From contig CAWVXU010000020.1 in NCBI GenBank assembly GCA_963934255.1, positions 1 to 34,598 on the forward strand: DNA of 34,598 nt, written 5' to 3'. A program made the translations under genes and the position numbers. The stretch comes from an uncultured Fibrobacterales bacterium. GTDB lineage: Bacteria; Fibrobacterota; Fibrobacteria; Fibrobacterales; CAWVXU01. This document shows, piece after piece, positions 28,731-34,598 of the stretch. The stretch's first letter is position 1; the number at the start of each line of letters is the position of its first letter. A model generated the notes under the pieces. It searched no databases. It was not told the DNA's origin and saw nothing but the letters and a program-made list of their open reading frames with translations.

Positions 28731-28835
28731 ATCCTTCTAAATTTAGTCTTCAAATCCGGTTTTTTTAAGAAATTGTCTATATTTATCTCATAATCAAGTT
28801 TAAGATCAAAATCAAAAGAGTTCTCAGTAAGCATC

Positions 28836-28844
28836 TGCTATAAT
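28836..28844 (+). promoter_or_regulatory. Extended -10 promoter candidate for rho-proC-obgE
   Basis: TGCTATAAT about 200 nt upstream of the rho ATG, in the divergent folK/rho intergenic region. Confidence 0.45.
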
Positions 28845-29047
28845 GAGTTAGAACCTTTCAAGTCCCATCTGTTTTGATACTTAATTTCCCCATTCATTAT
28901 CTTTGATTTAATTTGGTGGCCAGTAAACTTTAGCTTTAATTTGAGACTTTAATTATTAGCGAAACACTAGGTAACCTCAATAAATCACTTGGTTAGAACT
29001 TAATACATCAATTTTCAAAAAAATTCTGACTCGGCATCGTCCGAAAT

Positions 29048-31204
29048 ATGTCAAAGGAGCCTCATTTGAGTGAAATGGAACCTGCAGTTCAAGCGGAATT
29101 ACCGCTTAACCCTACTTCTGAAACACCAATTTCTACTGAAGAACCCAAAAAACGTCGCGGAAGACCTAAAAAAGTGGTTGAAGAAGCCGTTGTGAGCGAT
29201 GCTCCAATTCAAACTGCACCGTCAGAGCCTCAATTAGAATCCTCTGAAGCACCTAAAAAACGTCGTGGCAGACCTAAGAAATCGAATGTTGAATCAGAAG
29301 CTTCAGCCATCCTAGAAGAAGTTAGCTCTGCTCCAGCGCCAACTCCTAAGACAGTTGCTCGCACTCGCCGTCCCAAAATAGTCAAAGAAACAGAAGTTTC
29401 ACCAGCATCTGAATCAGCAGCAGCTCTAGAATATTCTGAAAAACAGCCTAGTGAAAACCAAGCTACCGCTGGCCAAACGTCTGATAGTGTCGCCGCCCAA
29501 CCAACCGACGAAACACCTAAACCTAAGCATATAATCAAAAATGCAGCCGCTGAAAAAATTTCAAATCTAGTTGCTGAAAAAGCTCTTGCTAGAGCAGAGG
29601 CTGCTGCTGCCGCTGCTAGCTCCACAGCTGAAACTGATACCCAATCGCCATCAGACCCGGTTGCTGAGACTAAAAACGAAACCAAGCCAGAAACACCGAC
29701 ACAGGCTCAAGGTGAGTCACAAGATGATTCAGGCCAAGCTGATCGTAAAGAGCGTGGAAATCGTCAAAATCGTGATAATCAACGCAATAACCGTGATAAT
29801 CAAGGTGGCCGCGAGAATAACAACAATCGTAAAAACAATAAAAACAAATCTAAAAATCCTCGCCGCAAACAACAGTTTGACTACGAGATACCTCCTGAGT
29901 TTGAAGACGAACCTACAGGTCCAGAACCAGATCCAGCCAAAGCTGCAGTAGCTCAAGCACATTGGAAAGACCTTCGCTCTAAACAACCCTATGAACTTTT
30001 CAAAATCGCTCAAGAACTTGAAATCCCTGACATCAGATATATGCGTAAACAAGCGCTCATCTATAAAATTCTAGAGATTACCACTGGCGAAGAAGTCCCT
30101 ATCTATGCTGAAGGTGTGCTTGAAATCATGAAAGAGGGCTATGGTTTCTTAAGAAGTGCGGACCACAACTATATAGCTGGTCCTGATGATATTTATATCA
30201 GCCCTCAGCAAGTTAAACGTTTTGACCTAAGAAATGGTGATAATATCACTGGTCAAGTTCGAGCACCTCGAGATAACGAAAAATATTTCGCACTGATGCG
30301 CATTACCACCATCAATGAAGTAACCCCTGCTGTCTCTCGTCGACGTATGCACTTTGATAACTTAACTCCACTTCATCCTACTGAAAAACTAAAGCTTGAA
30401 TGGCAACATGATGAGTATTCCACTCGTGTCATGGATCTATTTACTCCTATAGGTAAGGGACAACGTGGTGTGATTCTCGCCCCTCCTCGTACAGGTAAAA
30501 CAGTTCTTTTGACCAATATCGCCAACGCGATTTCTCAAAATCACCCTGAAGTTAAACTGATGGTACTACTTGTCGATGAGCGTCCCGAAGAAGTTACAGA
30601 CATGTCTCGCTCAGTCAAAGGTGAAGTTTTAAGTTCTACTTTTGATGAACACCCTGAACGTCACATTAAAGTAGCTGATATGTTACTTGAAAAGGCCAAG
30701 CGCATGGTTGAACAAGGTCACGACGTCGTGGTATTACTTGACTCAATTACTCGACTAGCGCGCGCCAACAATGTTGTTATCCCTCACTCAGGTAAAATTC
30801 TTTCTGGTGGTGTGGATGCTATGGCTTTACAAAAACCAAAACGTTTCTTTGGTGCGGCTCGTAATATTGAAGGGGGTGGCTCACTCACAATCATTGGTAC
30901 TGCACTCGTCGAAACTGGGTCCAAAATGGATGAGGTCATCTTTGAAGAATTCAAGGGCACTGGTAACATGGAACTAGTACTAGATCGTAAGCTGGCGGAG
31001 AAACGCATCTATCCTGCTATTGATATTTTCAAATCAGGAACACGTAAAGAAGAGCTTCTATTAAGTAGCGATGAAATGCGTAAAATGCATGTATTACGTC
31101 GTTACCTTCAGGATTTATCCTCAATGGAAATCATGGAATTCATGAAAGATAAATTGAAAAATTCCAAAAATAATGCTGAATTCATGAATATGATGAACGG
31201 GTAA
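29048..31204 (+). CDS. rho: Transcription termination factor Rho with a long N-terminal disordered extension
   Basis: [22 protein letters not shown]...[50 protein letters not shown]. Confidence 0.97.
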   Translation: MSKEPHLSEMEPAVQAELPLNPTSETPISTEEPKKRRGRPKKVVEEAVVSDAPIQTAPSEPQLESSEAPKKRRGRPKKSNVESEASAILEEVSSAPAPTPKTVARTRRPKIVKETEVSPASESAAALEYSEKQPSENQATAGQTSDSVAAQPTDETPKPKHIIKNAAAEKISNLVAEKALARAEAAAAAASSTAETDTQSPSDPVAETKNETKPETPTQAQGESQDDSGQADRKERGNRQNRDNQRNNRDNQGGRENNNNRKNNKNKSKNPRRKQQFDYEIPPEFEDEPTGPEPDPAKAAVAQAHWKDLRSKQPYELFKIAQELEIPDIRYMRKQALIYKILEITTGEEVPIYAEGVLEIMKEGYGFLRSADHNYIAGPDDIYISPQQVKRFDLRNGDNITGQVRAPRDNEKYFALMRITTINEVTPAVSRRRMHFDNLTPLHPTEKLKLEWQHDEYSTRVMDLFTPIGKGQRGVILAPPRTGKTVLLTNIANAISQNHPEVKLMVLLVDERPEEVTDMSRSVKGEVLSSTFDEHPERHIKVADMLLEKAKRMVEQGHDVVVLLDSITRLARANNVVIPHSGKILSGGVDAMALQKPKRFFGAARNIEGGGSLTIIGTALVETGSKMDEVIFEEFKGTGNMELVLDRKLAEKRIYPAIDIFKSGTRKEELLLSSDEMRKMHVLRRYLQDLSSMEIMEFMKDKLKNSKNNAEFMNMMNG

Positions 31205-31207
31205 GTA

Positions 31208-32005
31208 ATGAAAAATATTCTTTTTTATGGTGCAGGTAACATGGGTAAAGCAGTTCTTAAAGGACTACTGGCTTCTGGTATGCCTACCTCACAATTTCGT
31301 ATAGCAGGGAATCGTGAAAGCTCACGCACTTCAATCAAATCAGAATTTGATGTTGATTTTTTAGAAAATACTGAAGCATTTACTTGGGCAGATACTATTG
31401 TTCTAGGCATCAAACCTCAAATTTTTGCCCAAGTCAAAGCTCAATTAAAGGCTGAACTTGCAGATTGTTCTTGTACCATTATTAGCTTAATGGCAGGAAC
31501 CTCCATCGCTCAACTCAGCTCTGGACTAGGCTCTCAACATACTATTGTAAGAACGATGCCTAACTTGCCGCTCAATGTGGGTGAAGGCGCAGTGTCAATC
31601 TGTACCGATGGCTTGTCAAGTGAAGTCATTCAGGATGTATGTACTCTTTTTGAATCGGCAGGTATTGCTGTTCCTATTGAGGAAAGATTGATTGATTCAG
31701 CTACAGCTCTTGCAGGGTCTGCTCCTGCATTTGTTTTTCAATTCGCTGAAGGCCTCATCGCCGGTGGTGTTCTTGAGGGAATGCCTAGAGCTCAATCAGA
31801 AGCATTAGTTTTACAAGCTCTTAAAGGTAGTGTAAAAATGATGATCGACTCAAGTGAAAGTCCGTCAGATCTGACTACCAAAGTCTGTTCACCTGGTGGA
31901 ACGACTATTGCGGGAGTTCATACTCTTGAAAAAAATAATTTTAAATCCACATTAATGGATACCATTCGCGCCACAGCACAGCGCTCAAAAGAATTAGGTC
32001 AATAA
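31208..32005 (+). CDS. proC: Pyrroline-5-carboxylate reductase
   Basis: GAGNMG, LGIKPQ, IISLMAG, RTMPN, GSAPAF, V.SPGGTTIAG. Confidence 0.95.
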   Translation: MKNILFYGAGNMGKAVLKGLLASGMPTSQFRIAGNRESSRTSIKSEFDVDFLENTEAFTWADTIVLGIKPQIFAQVKAQLKAELADCSCTIISLMAGTSIAQLSSGLGSQHTIVRTMPNLPLNVGEGAVSICTDGLSSEVIQDVCTLFESAGIAVPIEERLIDSATALAGSAPAFVFQFAEGLIAGGVLEGMPRAQSEALVLQALKGSVKMMIDSSESPSDLTTKVCSPGGTTIAGVHTLEKNNFKSTLMDTIRATAQRSKELGQ

Positions 32006-33066
32006 TGTTTTTAGACGAACTCACAATTCATATTGAAGCAGGTAAAGGCGGAGATGGCATCTCTACCTTTCGCCGTGAAACCCACGTCCCTTTAGGCGGA
32101 CCTGATGGTGGTCGCGGTGGCTGGGGCGGTAGTATCTTTTTAGAAGTGACAGACAACTTTAATACTCTACTTGATGTTGGCTTTACACGAAATTTTAAAG
32201 CAGATGATGGTGGTCGTGGCGGTTCAGCTCGCAAGACGGGTAAGACAGGTGCAGATGTAGTGATCAAAGTACCACCAGGGACACAGGTACGGTCCGAAGA
32301 CGGCGAAATTCTAGTGGACCTTGTGACTCATGGACAATCATGGGTAGCTGCTAAAGGTGGAAAACCGGGCTTAGGCAACTCAAGCTTCAAATCAGCGACT
32401 AACCAAGCCCCTGAAGTATATACTCATGGACGGCCAGGAAAAAAACGCTCACTCAGGCTTGAACTTAAGTTAATGGCTGATGTGGGGCTTGTGGGTTTCC
32501 CTAATGCAGGTAAATCATCACTAGTAAATAAAATTAGCGGCGCCCGACCTAAAGTCGGTGATTATCCTTTCACAACTCTAGAGCCAATCCTTGGTATTGT
32601 TCGAATGAAGGGTTATGGCTCATTTGTCATCGCTGACATTCCAGGGATCATTGAAGGTGCTTCTGACGGTAAAGGTCTTGGACATCAATTCCTGAGACAT
32701 ATTGAGAGAAACCATGCTCTTCTATTTGTCATTGATGGTTTTGATACTGATGCTTATGAACGTTTTTTGACTCTCAAAAAGGAATTGAAAAACTTTCACC
32801 CAGAGATGGCCAATAAAGAAATTATCGTAGCACTCAACAAAACTGACTTAGATATTACCGCTGCAATTGAAGCTTTCAAGGCCGCTGGCCAAAAAGCTTA
32901 TCCTGTGTCGGCATTTTCGGGTGATGGACTTCCCGAACTTCTTAATGCACTAGAAGACCTAGTTCGCCCTAGTCTAAATACTGGTTGGGGTAAAGAAAAC
33001 CATAGTGGTTGGGGCGTTAAAGGCAAAAAATCCAAAAAACCTGATGCTAAAATTTGGGATGATTAA
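32005..33066 (+). CDS. obgE: GTPase ObgE/CgtA
   Basis: Gly-rich Obg fold (GGPDGG.GG.GG); ADVGLVGFPNAGKS, YPFTTL.P, DIPGIIEGA, NKTD; TAATG overlap with proC. Confidence 0.96.
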   Translation: MFLDELTIHIEAGKGGDGISTFRRETHVPLGGPDGGRGGWGGSIFLEVTDNFNTLLDVGFTRNFKADDGGRGGSARKTGKTGADVVIKVPPGTQVRSEDGEILVDLVTHGQSWVAAKGGKPGLGNSSFKSATNQAPEVYTHGRPGKKRSLRLELKLMADVGLVGFPNAGKSSLVNKISGARPKVGDYPFTTLEPILGIVRMKGYGSFVIADIPGIIEGASDGKGLGHQFLRHIERNHALLFVIDGFDTDAYERFLTLKKELKNFHPEMANKEIIVALNKTDLDITAAIEAFKAAGQKAYPVSAFSGDGLPELLNALEDLVRPSLNTGWGKENHSGWGVKGKKSKKPDAKIWDD

Positions 33067-33112
33067 TAAGGATAATTAGTTATTATACTCTCCCTCATTG
33101 TCTTAAAAAATT

Positions 33113-33145
33113 AAAAGCTCATCCTAGTTTAGGATGAGCTTTTTT
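33113..33145. terminator. Bidirectional intrinsic terminator between convergent genes
   Basis: AAAAGCTCATCCTA-gtt-TAGGATGAGCTTTT(TT): perfect 14-bp inverted repeat with A and T tails. Confidence 0.88.
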
Positions 33146-33175
33146 GGATAAAAAATGTTCGTTTAGATCAAAAGA

Positions 33176-33640
33176 CTAACCTAAAATAGCAAGTAATTTG
33201 TCTTTGTATTCTTCTGAAACATGTTCAAGAACGTCTTCAAATAAGTCTTCAATTTCTTCTTTATCATTGCTGTAAAAACGCTTCTCTTTGAGGGCACGCT
33301 TACATTCAACAAGGCCTTCTTCTGTTTCTAAATAACAAAGTCCGACAACTGCATCTTCAACATCGTCATGATCCGAGCTTTTGAGTCCTTCAATGAGAAG
33401 CGGTGCAACTTCTTTATTTCCAAGTTGCGCATAGAATTGACAATCAAACATAGCAGGTGGTTCAACATCGTTTTTCAGTGCCGCAACAAACTCAGCATGA
33501 CCCACTTGATTCATTATTTCTAAAATAAGGTCAAGGTTTTTTTCTTCTCGTTCGAACTGCTCTTCTTCTGGAAGTTCTTGGCAAAAATCTAAAATTAACT
33601 CTTCGGCTTGATTAATAGCATCTTGTGCAGTGAGTGACAT
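33176..33640 (-). CDS. Acidic all-helical hypothetical protein with a HEAT-like repeat
   Basis: AAGGA RBS; E/D-rich; LGNKEVAPLLIEGLKSSDHDDVEDAVVGL resembles a PBS-lyase HEAT unit. Confidence 0.7.
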   Translation of the reverse strand: MSLTAQDAINQAEELILDFCQELPEEEQFEREEKNLDLILEIMNQVGHAEFVAALKNDVEPPAMFDCQFYAQLGNKEVAPLLIEGLKSSDHDDVEDAVVGLCYLETEEGLVECKRALKEKRFYSNDKEEIEDLFEDVLEHVSEEYKDKLLAILG

Positions 33641-33697
33641 AATGTTCCTTTAGAGAGCTCTACAACGTTAGTATTGTGGAGTGGTACAAATTTATAC

Positions 33698-33729
33698 AAA
33701 AAAACCTCTTCAATCAGATTGAAGGGGTT
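33698..33729 (-). terminator. Intrinsic terminator downstream of 33772-34203
   Basis: Minus strand reads AACCCCTTCAATC-T-GATTGAAGAGG-TTTTTTT: stem with one mismatch followed by a U-run. Confidence 0.75.
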
Positions 33730-33771
33730 AATACTCAAATTAATGAGAAATCAAAATTCTAATTGATTGAA

Positions 33772-34203
33772 TTAGTTTTCTTGGTTTCCCATTTCTGTAC
33801 GCTCACGGTCAACCGTTTGGTTCAGATATTCATTAAAGTTACGATCAAGCTCAATACCATCGATATCTTCAGTATTGTTATCTAGTACGAAAACCGCAGA
33901 CGGGTTATCTAACCAACCAACAATATCAACATCGTCAATATTCATTGATTTGTCGCCAGCTTTTGCAGCTACGTAAGAAATTGCACCTTTTCCAATCCAG
34001 CCTTTTCCGCAACCAGCAGAAACCATAACATGACCAGAATTGTCTTTGATGATAGACATCTCTTCGCCAAATGGCACAGAACAGACATCACCGCCGCCAC
34101 CTTCTGATTTAGTAATCATAACAGGACCACGTTTAGAAGTAACGCTTCTAGCAGAAGCGATAGAGATGGCAGCTGCCAGTAAGATTAATAATATTTTATT
34201 CAT
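33772..34203 (-). CDS. Secreted hypothetical protein: signal peptide, SH3-like domain with a Cys pair, conserved C-terminal motif (GltF/CglF-like pattern)
   Basis: MNKILLILLAAAISIASA signal peptide; GWI motif typical of bacterial SH3b; AGGTG RBS; C-terminus shared with the neighbouring gene. Confidence 0.75.
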   Translation of the reverse strand: MNKILLILLAAAISIASARSVTSKRGPVMITKSEGGGGDVCSVPFGEEMSIIKDNSGHVMVSAGCGKGWIGKGAISYVAAKAGDKSMNIDDVDIVGWLDNPSAVFVLDNNTEDIDGIELDRNFNEYLNQTVDRERTEMGNQEN

Positions 34204-34251
34204 AAAAACACCTAATATTAAAAGGAATACTTCCTAGTGTCCTCTAATATA

Positions 34252-34273
34252 TGCGAATTAGTTAGAATTCGCA
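34252..34273. promoter_or_regulatory. Perfect 8-6-8 inverted repeat (possible operator or RNA hairpin)
   Basis: TGCGAATT-agttag-AATTCGCA in the 90-bp gap between the two paralogs. Confidence 0.4.
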
Positions 34274-34293
34274 AGAGAAAAATACGAATTTCC

Positions 34294-34598
34294 TTAGTTT
34301 TCTTGATTTCTAAACTCAATTCGCTCTCGATCGAGAGTCGCCACAAAATATTCGGTCATATTGCGATCTAAATTTATTGCCAAATTTTCTTCCAAAGCAA
34401 CCATGCTTTCAACCCAGGGGCTCATACTTTGTTCACCAAAGATATCATCGGGATTGAGACAAAAATGAGGCGTTTCCTTAGATTTATCGGCTTTCAAGGA
34501 GTCAATACAGTCTTTATTGCCGTTGTTCTTCAATTCTAATGGGCTAGATATCTTAGTTTGAAAGTCCGCAGCGCCTGGTTGAGCCCAGGTAATACCGG
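34294..34598 (-). CDS. Hypothetical protein, probably secreted, paralogous to 33772-34203; 5' end truncated by the window edge
   Basis: Frame is open to the edge (GITWAQPGAADFQTKISSPLELKNNGNKDC...); ITWA/Q looks like a signal-peptide end; ends LDRNMTEYFVATLDRERIEFRNQEN. Confidence 0.75.
   Translation of the reverse strand, partial: GITWAQPGAADFQTKISSPLELKNNGNKDCIDSLKADKSKETPHFCLNPDDIFGEQSMSPWVESMVALEENLAINLDRNMTEYFVATLDRERIEFRNQEN

Noticed and set aside
29230..31008. Antisense and alternate-frame ORFs inside rho (29230-29685, 29571-29951, 29729-30052, 30771-30977, 30784-31008)
   Set aside because: Shadows of a codon-biased, low-complexity gene; no RBS or motifs.
1039..34237. Other short ORF-track entries nested in well-supported genes (e.g. 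1039-1221, 2691-2876, 3545-3817, 4522-4704, 8228-8715 group, 12073-12324, 17586-17825, 19467-19700, 20297-20491, 22132-22323, 23618-23839, 25415-25597, 28203-28391, 31225-31413, 32028-32267, 34040-34237)
   Set aside because: They overlap recognisable CDSs on another frame or strand and have no independent support.
34324..34337. 14-bp palindrome CTCTCGATCGAGAG
   Set aside because: Lies inside a CDS encoding the conserved TLDRE motif; single copy, probably chance.
1..34598. Genome-wide TGA recoding suggested by the 1781-2406 region
   Set aside because: Many intact genes end in TGA, several with ATGA overlaps, and conserved Trp positions use TGG.
1..34598. CRISPR arrays, tRNA/rRNA, IS elements, prophage or defence genes
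   Set aside because: No spaced repeats, cloverleaf-like sequences, or transposase, integrase or phage motifs were seen, and intergenic gaps are too short.

Overview
An AT-rich, gene-dense bacterial chromosomal window (standard genetic code). A Fibrobacterota-like lineage is a tentative inference from recalled protein families. Most genes are housekeeping or envelope genes: tcdA, tatD, a CDGSH Fe-S protein, an HDOD protein, a YdiJ-like FAD/Fe-S oxidoreductase, pxpB-pxpA-pxpC, a MoxR-DUF58-transglutaminase triad, STAS proteins, trmK, a long minus-strand run (TolC, MlaC, hypothetical, rsuA, RsmC-like, FapA/DUF342, tandem STAS), pdxB, folK-dNK-panC and rho-proC-obgE. I saw no rRNA, tRNA, CRISPR array or mobile element. 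The ORF track misses a 58-aa translationally coupled ORF (3819-3995) and two decayed genes (1781-2406, and an EAL-HDOD relic at 6933-7687). The most interesting items are: (1) a translationally coupled three-gene unit of an apparently catalytically dead GH57 protein, a STAS-like/TM/coiled-coil protein and a membrane-anchored lytic transglycosylase, behind a probable leaderless promoter; (2) two tandem secreted paralogs at the right edge sharing the C-terminal motif LDRNxxEYxxxTxDRERxExxNQEN, one resembling the GltF/CglF gliding-machinery pattern; (3) a Rho with a ~300-aa disordered N-terminus carrying two AT-hook-like motifs and an N/R/D/Q-rich prion-like tract. All product calls come from manual motif recognition, not database searches.
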